A stretch of 62,934 nucleotides of DNA, filler included, from Olpidium bornovanus S191 (GCA_017911155.1; 29 parts of 29 records of this genome joined end to end with filler, not necessarily neighbours in it), one strand, 5' to 3'; shown: positions 12,001 through 22,669, counted from the whole stretch's first letter. A program made the numbers and translations. Notes: generated by a model from the letters alone, not told the origin.

Positions 12001-12543
12001 AGAGGCGTTACGGTGTCGGACGACGTCCGTAAACTCATTGAAAATTTCAGGGGATCGCCGCTGTGGGATTTTGGCGATATCCCGGCGGATGGGGAAATCA
12101 CGGGCCTCGCACAGGATTTTGGGCCGTTGATGCTCAATCATTTCGGCGGGGAGGCAGTCTCGGCCGCGCAGGCATCATCATCACCACCTTGCGACCCGCC
12201 GGGATTGGACCCTCCTGCGGCACCGGAGTTAGAGTTCGCGCCAGAGTCGCCGTTCATGGACACCACCGCAGACGGCAACCGCGGTGCCGGAGCGCCGGCG
12301 GCCGTCTCCACGTCCATGTGGGCATTATCACCACCTTGCGGCCGGCCGGGTTTAAACTCTCCCGCGACATCGAAGGAGACCGCGTCAGCGACGCCGTTCC
12401 TGGACACCGCCGTAGACAGCACCCGCGGTGCCGCTGCTGACGCGGCGGCCGCCTGGGAGGAGGGTCGGTGGGATGTCGTTGACCGAGCCGAAGATTCGGC
12501 GCCGGCCGACGTCCACGGAAACTGGCTGGTCGCCAGCGCCTAA
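9010..12543 (+). CDS. Large intronless pentatricopeptide-repeat (PPR) protein, about 1177 aa, probably mitochondrial
   Basis: Uninterrupted ORF. Consecutive 35-aa helical repeats (TKSLAAVIAAAKRLDRVRTLEKLLQFAQLNGMQLT / QYDYHNLVYMSAKMTNLPRAQHIMQQMLRENVVPL). An Arg-rich, acid-poor presequence-like N-terminus follows the ATG at 9010. Confidence 0.8.
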   Translation: MFGAVSRRCAPRRPRTHRAWTLPAAVAAGLLPPPPPLAPIAAAAAAFPVCRLRSPQDTPRPPGASPVRMLFTGRDAARGPRGLHAEARATAEGKEDISGSQSLDSDGLLHNRVQRADTLKQAARKGDLAGAVSALRAMRRAGDEVGRETYYDFFAAILSCTSVGGTVHLEQEDRCAPVAPELTLAGRPAASASELYAMYARFNDTDGLRQVLYNVGLPREPAVARLVLLVVSDLSYPKTATKNPKPIGQNKFMPLFDNHERLQVIFAHHLLGKRRTRNEMLLELWEDAPGIDNEIPFHFLFEPGEHDDAGVLEEAASAAALFAEMEARGTPWTAPTIFGVIRRIKAAQERHPDTVVNDRLGASVADVLRRRESRRLLRKRYGWDLDCADSPEPVGSAPKDWPARLDYRLGLHEFATSLKRYLDTGACNWVKLRQVLLGLEPVEHMDRAVRDAEKGASPEKLAVAKLVLQIASLLEAKGTELTLAEKIQVLAARLLHDEFEMVIEAAKKELGDPDFRLSARRVDHDRLTNLYFRALISSGRWKAFKARHLEKQRGVLSVSALNGLHSAIRDRTYKIADSAVEYMRGRLLPGSALDYTDQTFVDVLKLWVHGDNPDRAEAVLSDMLRFGHRPPDWAYLEVAWSYLQNSRAQDAARMFYVFIYSGGRVTPKIAEAFLYAIVHAPRKLKMRRCTPSARVRFTEQAALTGLDLFRRTLNWNVNPTTKSLAAVIAAAKRLDRVRTLEKLLQFAQLNGMQLTQYDYHNLVYMSAKMTNLPRAQHIMQQMLRENVVPLAVTHECMLQLIFAVDGVQEAFRYYVNQRGTGLFVPTHHTVFVVLMVARMAGAWDFVQHVMADLRAIGYDISPSDYTRMIKSVHNHRGNLDDVFGYVDMLRLYGARMDLTTARTLLWLCGVQACRKFPDPGAPAFGSPEAQNWDPPDDDSNVVRVTPAAVLAFMRRVFADLVREHVEIDNAVVTPMVLSLSANCHWRGLREVIELVDERGVTVSDDVRKLIENFRGSPLWDFGDIPADGEITGLAQDFGPLMLNHFGGEAVSAAQASSSPPCDPPGLDPPAAPELEFAPESPFMDTTADGNRGAGAPAAVSTSMWALSPPCGRPGLNSPATSKETASATPFLDTAVDSTRGAAADAAAAWEEGRWDVVDRAEDSAPADVHGNWLVASA
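12172..12450 (+). repeat. Imperfect ~150-bp (50-aa) in-frame tandem duplication in the PPR C-terminal tail
   Basis: SSPPCDPPGLDPPAAPELEFAPESPFMDTTADGNRGA versus LSPPCGRPGLNSPATSKETASATPFLDTAVDSTRGA. Confidence 0.85.
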
Positions 12544-12789
12544 GCGGCGAGGGGTTCCGCCCCGCATTCCCCCCCCCCCCCCCCCTCCTCGCCCTCCCCT
12601 CCCCCCCGGTTTTTTTTTGAGATCCCTATCTCGAAACGTTGGAGAATGTAATGATTGTACGTGAGGCTGTAATAATTTTAAGCTAGACANNNNNNNNNNN
12701 NNNNNNNNNNNNNNNNNNNNNNNNNNNNNNNNNTTAATTAATTAANNNNNNNNNNNNNNNNNNNNNNNNNNNNNNNNNNNNNNNNNNNN

Positions 12790-13480
12790 CATGCCAATGC
12801 CCCGCTCTCTTTCGCCGACACCAGTGAAGCGCCGCTGTTGGCCCAGTCGTTGGCAGAAAGAGGCGTGACGAACTGCTACCTGTTATCGGGCGGTATGATT
12901 GCCTTGATGAACTTCGCAGCAAACGGGGACTGCCGGACGTCTCTTGACCCTTTTTTTGAGTCTTGCAGGTCTCGAGGCCATAATTGCCAAAGGCATCCAG
13001 GGAATATATGTGGGCGAGCTTCCGGAGTCGTGCCGGAACCTACCAGCCGGACCGGCCAAAAGCGGCGCGTCGTCGGCGGCCGCAGCGACCGCCGCGCGGA
13101 CGTACTCGGCCTACGGACTCTCAAGTTCCCGGACAACTTCCGGCCTGAAGAGCGGCCGCCGATCCTGCGCGACGAGCGCCAAACGTGGCGGAGCCCGTAC
13201 CTCCGCCATAACCGCCGGAGCTCCCAAAGCTCCCGCGCCGGCGACGTCTTCCAGGCTTGACCTAGGCGCTCTGCGGGAGAGTCTGAACAACGTCACGCCC
13301 ACAGGTACGGAAACGTTCCGCCACAAGCGCGGCTCAATTGATAATTTGGAGCCTCGGACCAACGCGATCGCCTCTCTGTTTTGTTGTCGTTTTTCTCACT
13401 TTTCTCCCTGCATTTTTCGTGCCCACGCTCGGAAACGGTCAGCAGCCTCCACTGTCAGCATACAAAGTTCGGTCGTCTGA
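12790..13480 (+). CDS. CEP41: CEP41-like rhodanese-domain ciliary protein, 3' fragment; intron 12893-12968, possible second intron from 13305
   Basis: Spliced LAQSLAERGVTNCYLLSGG-LEAIIAKGIQGIYVGELPESCRNLP parallels CEP41 as I recall it ([38 protein letters not shown]). Confidence 0.75.
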
Positions 13481-13739
13481 ATTCCAGTCGGCCACTGCCG
13501 TGTATTTCTAGTAGAAAGCCTTTCTCTTCTTCCGTTCTGGGCATCATTTAGATCCTCTGTTTTTCCTCCTTTCTTTCTTTTCTTTTCTTCCCTTTTCATT
13601 AATTGCATGCGGCATTCGATGTGCGTTTCGTTGCCACCTGGCGGCGCCTGCCCGTAGAAGCTTCTAAAAAGGCCGCTGAGGCCAGCACGCGCTCTGGCAT
13701 CGGGGTTCCGTCAAACCGGGCCACTGCGAAGCCCCATTC

Positions 13740-14135
13740 CGAGGTCAATCCTAGCAGGGATCCTGCAGTCAATTCTGCCGAAAATCCTGCAGGAAAATTT
13801 TCCGGCCGGCCCTGCCGCAAAGTGAAATTACCATTATTTTCTTTTTTTGGTGACCTGGGTACAAAGAAAGGTTACAGATTTTGCGGCAAAATTTCGATGC
13901 AGACACCTGCCGCAAAACTTGCGGCAGGATTTCGCGGCAGAATGAACGGCAAAAAAAAAATCGAGGCAGAAATTTGCAGCAAATTTTCAGGCAGATTTCG
14001 GCGGGGGGAAGGAGGTCGGATTCACGGCGGAATTCGCCACAGAAAAGATTTTCGACGGAATTCGCCGCAGAATTCGCGGCGGAATTTGCTGCGGAATTCG
14101 CGACAGGATCCACCGCAGATTTTAGTCAGGCAGCT
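13740..14135. repeat. Array of degenerate ~12-bp units (GAATTCGCGGCG-like) arranged as imperfect inverted arms
   Basis: Right arm GGAATTCGCCGCAGAATTCGCGGCGGAATTTGCTGCGGAATTCGCG. Left arm AATTCTGCCGAAAATCCTGCAGGAAAATTT is similar to the reverse complement of the right-arm units. An internal hairpin TGCCGCAAAACTTGCGGCA is present. Confidence 0.7.
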
Positions 14136-14314
14136 GAGGATTCACAAAGAGCCTGACGGTAAACCCTGGCCCCATCTCCTGACGGAGCGAAGCTCACCGA
14201 GGCGTAGTTGTTATACACAAGGGGGGGGGGGTGCTCTCGTAGAAGGGGTGAAAATCCCGCCGAAATACACACAACTCTTCCTCTAAACCCGCACAGGTTA
14301 TGAATTTAACGGAT

Positions 14315-14352
<38 letters not shown>

Positions 14353-14473
14353 CCCCCCCGCCCGCCCCNNNNNNNNNNNNNNNNNNNNNNNNNNNNNNNN
14401 NNNNNNNNNNNNTTAATTAATTAANNNNNNNNNNNNNNNNNNNNNNNNNNNNNNNNNNNNNNNNNNNNAGCCG

Positions 14474-14516
<43 letters not shown>

Positions 14517-14537
14517 ACTCCCCCGGGCCCCTCCCAA

Positions 14538-14587
<50 letters not shown>

Positions 14588-15179
14588 CGAAACGCTTTTC
14601 GCCCGTCGTCCACGCTCGTCCGTCGTGCGAATCAACGAAAACCGAATACCTGGGCGCCCCGCTCCGATCGGAGCTCGGAACACCCAGGACCGCGTCCGAA
14701 TCGTCAGCCGCTCCCCATTTGCACTGATGCCACCGTGGGTCTAACCCTGTGATTTTCCCCCATCGATGCCAGGTGAGCACGTGACCAATCAACCAATATA
14801 GAAACCCCTTCGTCGACGCCTCTCATAAACAAACGCTTCTCTTCCAAACCACAAAAACTTCGGCGATCAGAACACTGCTCATCTGCAAAAATCCCTATTG
14901 CAGAGCGCTCTGATTTTTTTGATTTCTATACAATGATCGTACAGAAACCGCGGAAAAATCTATGGGGCGGCTTTCGGAGCGATTAAGGCGACATGCAAGC
15001 ACACTTTCCCGTTCCGAGAGATTGCTACCTAGCGAAATTATGGGCTCGACATCAGAAGCCGGGCCCTCGTTTCAGCAATACCACCACCTCGCCGTCACCA
15101 CCCCGTTGTTGCGGAGCGGTGGACGGAATCTGGCTTTCCTCAAACCGGGAACAAAAAAAAACAAAAATGAGCTTTCACC

Positions 15180-17284
15180 TCATTCTTCATTCGCTTCCAC
15201 CTTCTGCTGCACGCTGGGGCCGGACTTCTTTTTCGACGATCCGGAGACGATGTCGTCGACCCGGAGGAGGAGACACGCCGACTAAATCGCGCAACAAGAG
15301 GGGAAATCTTAATAACACGGGCGAGGTATATCAGAAAATAAACAAAATAAAGCTTTCGCCCACCTCGATTGCGGTCTTGATGGTCTGGACCTTGACCGCG
15401 CTCGGTTCCCAGATGCCATATTCGTGCATGTCGACCACCTCGCCTGTCGTCCCGTTGATGCCCCAGCTATGGTTGCCAGTGGCATGCTTCGCCTGCTCGT
15501 CGGTTCCCGTCAGAATTGAAACGCAGGCATGGTATTGTTAGGTTTTCGATATTTGCCGAGCAGCGGGTCGGGCCTCATACAAGACAACCTGAAGCCGTAC
15601 AGTGACGTACCCTCAGATTGGTGAGGACTTTGATTGGATTTCCACCGCAGTTCTGGATTAGGGTGCGCGGGATGACCTCCATTGCCTCGGCCACACTGCG
15701 ATAGGGCCACTGCTCGACACCCTCAAGGCTCTTGGACTTCTCTGCCAGTACCACCCCTACAGCCATCTCGGTGGCGCCGCCGCCGGGCACGAGCTGCGGG
15801 CTGAAGTAAACGTTGCGTGCCACACACATGGCGTCCTGGAGGTTCCGCTCTACCTCGTTCAGCACGTCTTTTGACGGGCCGCGCAGCACGATCGTGCACG
15901 CCTTGGGGTCCTTACACTTTGTGAAGAAAGCGAAGTACCTGAAATGTCCAACACATCAATTACCAGCCAGTATCGACAATGCAAAGCTTTAAATCCAGAA
16001 TGGTATACCTACTCGTCGGCAATTTTTTCCACACTAAACAAGCCGCACTTGGTCCCAACGTCTGACTCCTTAAGATCGTCGACGCGATTCACAATCGTGG
16101 CCCCGCAGGCGCGCGCGATGCGATTGTTATCCGTTTTCCTCGCACGACGGAGTGCTGTGATGTTATTCTTCAAAAGGAAATGTTGTGCAAGATCTAAAAG
16201 ATGAGCAACGAGGGGAGAATGGATAAAACAGGAAGACACCGTAGCTTAAGGATGTCTTCGCAGACAGCACCAGATCCGTCACTCTCTTCCGCTTCCAATG
16301 AAAAGAGATACTAAAAACACCCACGTACCTGACACTCCCTTCTCGGTGATGACGAGGTCGGGCTTGACGCTCGCGATTTGGTCGCAAAGCTGCCGGATCT
16401 GCTCCTCCTCGATTTCCAGCAAACGGTTCCAATCCGACTCTTTCGTAACCTCGATGTTGGTCTGCGACTCCCCTTTCTTGTATTCGAGCGGGCAGTCCAG
16501 TAGGACGATGCGTGGATTCTCGATCCGGCGCCGCATTTTTGGATGCGTCACGTCCTTATTGATCATCACACCATCCAGAACACGAGACTCCTCGATCTCG
16601 CCACCGGGAATCTAAGCAAGCAGAGATAGAAGAGAAGGGCAAACGGCACGCCCTCAACAATCCGTCACAGCGTGCCAAATACGCCACCCCATCACAACGG
16701 GCTAAAAATTTTCAAAAATCCGAACCTTCTCCACCCTGGCGTAACGCTTGATATCGACCTCCCGCCGCCCGTCGACATCTATAGCTACGCACTTCACGGC
16801 GTCGAGAGCGAGCTTGCACATCAGATCACTCCAACGACTGACAAACTTTGTGCCAATGGAGCTTTTAACGAGCTCGAGCATCTCCTCCGGGTTATTCACG
16901 TCAACGGGTTTGCTATTTTTTTCCACGACGCGGATGGCGTCGTCCAAGGCTTTCTTGAAAGCGGAGATAATGACGATTGGGTGAATTTTACGCTCCAGGT
17001 GCGGCAACGCGGCGGGGAGGACTTCCCCAGCTGTTAGAGCAACCGCAGCCGGACATTATCAAGAACAAGATGCGCCGTCAACGTCGACACAGATATCAGG
17101 AAAAAATGTGGCACTCAAACTCTGCAAGCATCTGCAGAAAGGACCAAATGAAAAGTCCCTTTCATCGGTCACGAGGACGCGATGAACAGAGGCTGCATTC
17201 GGACTTAAGACACACCCAAGATGATCACGCTCGTCGTGCCATCTCCAACCTCCTCATCCTGCGTCCTGCTTAATTCAATCATGC
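15180..17284 (-). CDS. CCT3: Chaperonin CCT/TRiC gamma subunit, 5'-truncated, multi-exon
   Basis: MIELSRTQDEEVGDGTTSVIIL; WSDLMCKLALDAVKCV...IKRYARVEK; NKDVTHPKMRRRIENPRIVLLDCPLEYKKGESQTNIE; VERNLQDAMCVARN; SACLLLRVDDIVSG; stop at 15180-15182. Confidence 0.98.
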
Positions 17285-17387
17285 NNNNNNNNNNNNNNNN
17301 NNNNNNNNNNNNNNNNNNNNNNNNNNNNTTAATTAATTAANNNNNNNNNNNNNNNNNNNNNNNNNNNNNNNNNNNNNNNNNNNNACC

Positions 17388-18125
17388 ATGCCCTTCGCAG
17401 GGTTATGACAGCATATTGCTTGTCATAGATCAACCGACCAAGCTTGTTGGAAGGACAACACAACCAATTTATCGCAAGGCAATTCGTAGAAGGTATCAAC
17501 CGCTACCAGATTACCCGATCCCCCCATCGCTGACTGCGGGATGGTCTGGACATCTGATTTCTGGAAGGCCGTATGGCAAGACTGATGCATTGAGCGGCAG
17601 CTAGCCACAGCCTGTCGCCAGCAGACGGACAGGCAGGCTGTGCAAGCTATCGGTGTCATCAAGATTATGATCGCCATACACCTGGAACACAAAGAAGACC
17701 TACTGGATCTCGGTACTTCCCGTATTGAAATTCTTAGAACAGCTCAACACCACATATGACAATGGGTCAATCGCCAAATCTTGGCGAACGGCACTGACCT
17801 ATGCGGCATCGACACCATATGTCGCTAAAGCACTTACCTCAGTTGTTCCAAAAAGGGCGCAAGTCCCTCGAGAAGGCTCACGAGTCGCAAGCCGCAGCAT
17901 ACCACCGACACCGCCTGGAAGTGAAGTTTGCACAGAGAGATCAAAGTTCTCGTTTGCTGCGATGCCATAGCGCAGGACCATCCCCTGACTGCCAAGTGTC
18001 GTGACCCGTATGTCCGCCCATACAAAATTACTCACTGCAACAGCGATCACAACAACAACGGGTTCCGGCTGCCGCCAAGAAAATGCGGCTGCATCCTGAA
18101 TTTCGCGTCTCCGCGCTTCCGATGC
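17388..18125 (+). mobile_element. Degenerate Ty3/gypsy integrase (core plus C-terminal part), with stops and frameshifts
   Basis: SQGYDSILLVIDQPTK; WTSDFWKAVW; LATACRQQTDRQ; LEKAHESQAAAYHRHRLEVKFA; PYVRPYKIT; MRLHPEFRVSAL. These are the ordered gypsy integrase motifs (GYDSILVVVDRLTK, FTSxFW, STAYHPQTDGQ, GPYKI, RIHPVFHVSLL). Confidence 0.85.
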
Positions 18126-18429
18126 GTTGAGGCGTGGCGCTTCCGCATATGTAGCATTCCTGAATGTTCACGTGACTTGGAAGACAAACCACGCGCCGCG
18201 CGCTCCCCCCTGGTATTAATTCTTCACAGCTCCTTCTTCGCACCACAACAAACGGCCAAAAAGCTCACAGGCTATGAGCCCAGGGCGGCTGCCCTGTTCC
18301 CGCCATCGCGCCTGAGCCGCAGCAGCCGGAGAGCACGCGGCGGGCGAGAGCTGCGCACTGAGAAGCAGCGCGCGCCCCGTGCGCACCCGTCACGCGCGCG
18401 CCACCGACGAGCCCAACTGAGGTGACCAT

Positions 18430-19278
18430 GGGAAAGAAGGATGACCGACAGTCTGCACGGCAGATAAGGACGATGAGAACAGGCCCTGGAATAGCCGCCG
18501 TCCAACAAGGAAGCGCGCAGGTCGCCAGCGAGATTGGTGCCAGCACTGCGCGACCGTCACAAGCCATTGGGGCAGTCGGCGACGCCTCGTTGCGTGCCGA
18601 GCACTTGCGCGAAAAGCCCGAGTCGTCGAGGACGGCTCCTGGCAAGGCCGTAACGTTCCCAGCAGGACTCCAGTAGTTGCTAAAGCCAAAGGCAGCGACG
18701 GCACTGCCGGACCGATGTAGGAGCGCCTACCGCAACTGTGACACGTCAAACAAAACCGACAGCGCAGCAGGCGTTGCAAAGACCGTCACCGCGAGGGGCA
18801 CGCGCACGGAGCCCGCCGGCATGACGCTTGCCGCACAAAGTGTGACCTCAGCACCGGTCGATGTGCTCAACCCGATCAGCCGCCGCCCTCCGAAAAATTC
18901 GAAGTGCGCAGGCACCAGGACGAGCTCAAAGAGTTTTGCCTTAGGCTACAGCACTCCGAGGCGGCTAAACGATGTGCTGAGGATGACGCCGATCGCCAAT
19001 GGCAAAAGGCCAAGATTGCCGAAAGAGGAGCTCACCAAAGTACTCGAAGAAGTGATCGAGGGGGACCGCGACGCAGTCGACGATCGCCAGATGTAGGCGC
19101 CGACGACAGGCGCGCTTGCGGTCGTGTCGGCGCCGGCGGCAGCCAGACGCGCATCGGACCGATGGCCATCAGTATGCCTTTCGCACGCAAATTAACTTTA
19201 ACGTCGAGCGCCCAGGTCATATAGTCTTTTCCTGTCGACAACCGAGGCTTCAAAGTCGAGCTTGGCGAGGTTGCTCAC
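18430..19278 (-). mobile_element. Degenerate Ty1/copia gag-protease relic
   Basis: (V)SNLAKLDFEA [frameshift] LSTGKDYMTWALDVKVNLRAKG at the gag start, a decayed knuckle CHSCGRRSY, and a protease-like LLDGGYSRACSH. Confidence 0.65.
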
Positions 19279-19379
19279 GTCGGTCGGGCCGCGGGACGGC
19301 CGGTCACTTCTATTTTGCTTGGGGGGCTCTCTCCCTCGGGGGTGGGGTTTTGCTCTCGGAATAGGGGTTTCACGTTGCG

Positions 19380-19412
<33 letters not shown>

Positions 19413-19696
19413 GCTCCCCACCTTAACCCTAACCACCCCCCTGCCCGAGCGTGCCCCAAAAANNNNNNNNNNNNNNNNNNNNNNNNNNNNNNNNNNNNNN
19501 NNNNNNTTAATTAATTAANNNNNNNNNNNNNNNNNNNNNNNNNNNNNNNNNNNNNNNNNNNNCCCCTTCCCCCCCGCCTTTCCTCCCTCATTCGAAAAAG
19601 AAGAGACAGAAGCGCCGCAAAAACGTCACCGCCGGCGGTCTTTCATATTTCTTTCTTTTTTGCCCGTTTTCTATTCCTTATTTCTCCTCGTCCTAA

Positions 19697-19869
19697 CTAG
19701 GCGTCCCAGAAGCGTCTCTGCCGCCGTGGCGTCGAGCGTCGCCGCATCTCCACCTCTTCGTACGTCGGCGGACCGGACTCTTGCAGCTGGTGGCGCCACA
19801 ACCACCCTTCTCGCGCGGCGCGGCCGCCCGCCGCTTCCCAGGGCCGCCCGGCCTCGGCGCCGCACTCGA

Positions 19870-19900
<31 letters not shown>

Positions 19901-20275
19901 AGAAGGAGGAGGAGGAGGCGGCGCGGGGCTCCTCGATGCGGCGCCTGGCGCCGTCCTCTTCTGCCGGCGGCCGCGGGCGAAACGGACGACGGCGGAGGCG
20001 GCGGCGGCGGGGCCGCCTCCGCAGCGGCAGGCCTTGAGCTTGTCCCAGCGGGCACGCGGGCCCTTGCGGCGCCTCTCCCGCTCGGCCTGGGCGAGGTACT
20101 CGGATACGGGGATACCGCGCTCCCTGGCGCCGACGACGGCCTCGGCGATCCGCTTCTCGAGGCGCCGCTGGCGGCGCTCCCGCACCTTGTGGACGACGCG
20201 GTCGATGACGGTCGGCGCGGTGGCGATCAGCGCGGTGGCGAGCGCGAAGGACAGCACGATCACGGTCTCGGCCAT
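19697..20275 (-). CDS. Hypothetical 192-aa protein with an N-terminal hydrophobic anchor and a C-terminal PPxY motif
   Basis: Intact ORF MAETVIVLSFALATALIATAPTV followed by a charged helix, poly-Ala and poly-Pro linkers, and PPTYEE. Third codon positions are strongly G/C-biased like neighbouring genes. Confidence 0.6.
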
Positions 20276-21853
20276 GGCCAAGAACGGTGCGTGTGTGCGG
20301 GGGGAAGGGGGGTTTGTTTGTAATCTTTTTCTTTTGGTCTGTTTCTTGTTTGCGCAGCGGGGGTGGCGGGCGGCGCGGGAGGCGGGGGCGCGGGGCGAAG
20401 GAAGGGGACCGGGCGGAGGGTCGGCCGGGAAGGAGAGGAGACAAGGTGTGCTCTACTTTTTTCTTTCGCGTTCGCGTCGTTATTTCCTTCTCGCGACGAA
20501 ACGACCGCAACGGCGGGCGTGGGAAAGAGGGGAGGTTGGCGGCGAGCGAGAGAGGGAGAGAGAGATCAGAGAGAGAAAACGAGACGGCAGACAGAGAGAA
20601 GGGGCAACGGGAAATGGGAAGGCTGCGCGCGCGCGTGCGTCGCCCGGCGGGCAGGCGGGAGCGCGGGCGCGCGCGGGCGCGCGTGTGAAGCGTGTCGCGC
20701 TGCGCCCCGGCGAGCCGGGGGGGAAAAGAAAAAGAAACGAGCAGGCGCGCGCGCCTCTTCCGCGAGCAGAGGGAGAACGGACCGCGCGCGTGTTGTTTGT
20801 TCGCTCGGCCCGCCGAAGGCGCCGCTCTCTCGAGCATCCCGTTCTCTTCCCCCCTTCTTTCCTTTCTCTCTCCTGCCTTACCGAACTTGGCTCCCCCTTT
20901 CCCTTTTCCTTCAGGAGTTCCGTTCCTTCCAACCTCTTTTCCGCAGGAAAGGAAAATAAAAAAGTCTAGACCCCCCGCGCATCCTCCCTCCCGCTCCGCC
21001 CCCATTCCCCCTTCCCCATTTCCCCTTCTTCCTGCCCGGATGCTTTCCGAGGAGCTCCGGACGTAAGAAGCTTTTTTCAAGAACAACTCCGTGTTTGAAA
21101 AGAAGGGTCGCTATGGGCGGTTTCGAGCGTAAATAAAGAAAACGCCCCGAGCCTCAGCGGAAAAACCGAAATAACAAACAAAGAGAAGCATAAGCAGCCG
21201 GAGGATACGCCGCCACGGCCTTCGGCTGCTGTCATCATCTATTGTTTCCACTGTTGCTTTTGCCAATGTCGCTTCCCCCCCCCCCCCGCACAAAATCAAA
21301 AGAAAGAAAAACTGCGGCGCGGTCGAAGCGCGCCGAGTGGAATTCATCTCGCCGCCGCCTGTGTCGTCCGTCGGTTTGATTTACTTCCGCGCGAAAAAGG
21401 ATAGTCGCGTTTTCCTGTCATTCTTTCCCGCCGTATCACTTAGGTTATTCTCCGCTTAGACGTATCTTTCCAAAATACATATCCAATGTCAAGGGGTTTT
21501 ATCGTCACCTCCGTCCAAACACCAAAAGGTTTTTTATTCTGCCACCGCCCCGGGAAAAAAAAAGATTATAGCGCCCCGCCGTTTCGGGGTCCGGCTGCAT
21601 GCACGGAAACGCCTCTGTATTCCCTTCGTGGCCACAAAAAACAAAATGGACAGAGCCTGCCGCCGGATTCCCCGCCCTTTTGCCGTCGGTCGCGCCCTTT
21701 TCGACCGACGTTTTCTCNNNNNNNNNNNNNNNNNNNNNNNNNNNNNNNNNNNNNNNNNNNNTTAATTAATTAANNNNNNNNNNNNNNNNNNNNNNNNNNN
21801 NNNNNNNNNNNNNNNNNCCCCCCTCCACACACCCCCCCCCCCCCCCCCTTTTT

Positions 21854-21895
<42 letters not shown>

Positions 21896-21912
21896 AAAAA
21901 AAAAAAAAACAG

Positions 21913-22308
21913 CGCGAGGCGGAGCGGCTCAAAGCCCGTCGGCGTCTCGAGGGCGCCCGGCGCAGGACGTCGTCGCGATACTCGCGCGACAGCGGCGCCT
22001 TGAACGAGCGGACGTTGGAGGCCGAATCCGACGAGGATGATTCCGGGCGGACTCCGCGGGCGACGCGCGGCTCCGAAGCCCTGGACGGTTACCACGAAGA
22101 CGGCGGGTTCGTCGTGGAAGACGACGCCGCCGAAGACGAGGGCGCCGACAGCGGCAATGACGACGGCGGCGAGCAGGACGACGACGACGACGACGACGAC
22201 GACGAGGAGGAGGAGCGGACGAGGCGCATCATGCGCGCGAAACGCGGCGAAAAGAGCGGCGGGCGCAGGAAACCGACGACCGTCGACAGCGAGGACGACG
22301 ACGGTTGA
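21913..22308 (+). CDS. Terminal exon of an acidic nuclear protein, possibly Paf1-complex subunit Leo1
   Basis: Follows a CAG acceptor: REAERLKARRRLEGARRR...GYHEDGGFVVEDD...EERTRRIMRAKR...TVDSEDDDG*. The pattern resembles the Leo1 C-terminus (EERLRAxxRRE...AQRLLKAK). Confidence 0.5.
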   Translation, partial: REAERLKARRRLEGARRRTSSRYSRDSGALNERTLEAESDEDDSGRTPRATRGSEALDGYHEDGGFVVEDDAAEDEGADSGNDDGGEQDDDDDDDDDEEEERTRRIMRAKRGEKSGGRRKPTTVDSEDDDG

Positions 22309-22669
22309 CGCGGGGCGGGGACTGCTCTCGCGCCCTCGCGCGGGCACGGCTTTGAAGTTTGCCCCGGCGCGTCAGGCCGTGCGCACCGGCGAACGACGCC
22401 GGGGCGCGGCTGCGATGTCGCGTTTGCCATGGAAGCGACTACAAAAAAAAAAAAAAAAAAAATTGAGCGAGACCGAACGATTTCGGTTCACGGTCGACCA
22501 AAAAAAAAAAAAAAAAAAAAATCAAAATGCTCCCCTTTCCGTACATAACAGCGTGGTTTCCCGGCGGGCTCCCGGAACAACGCGGGTTCACGGGTTTCCT
22601 CCCCCCGTGGACGCCCCTTTCAGACGCTTCAATCCGGCGCGCGGAATAATAGATGATGAAAAAAAAACG

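Noticed and set aside
19660-21086. Long overlapping Arg/Ala/Pro-rich ORFs (for example 19671-21086, 471 aa) and similar ones at 29380-30700, 33600-34520, 44900-45730 and 52690-53470
   Set aside because: They are stop-poor shadow frames of GC-rich or homopolymer DNA, or antisense to real genes, and show no domain signal.
21111-21347. Short ORF with a TM-like segment (RRILRLLMLLFVCYFGF)
   Set aside because: It could be an exon, but I could not extend it into a coherent gene.
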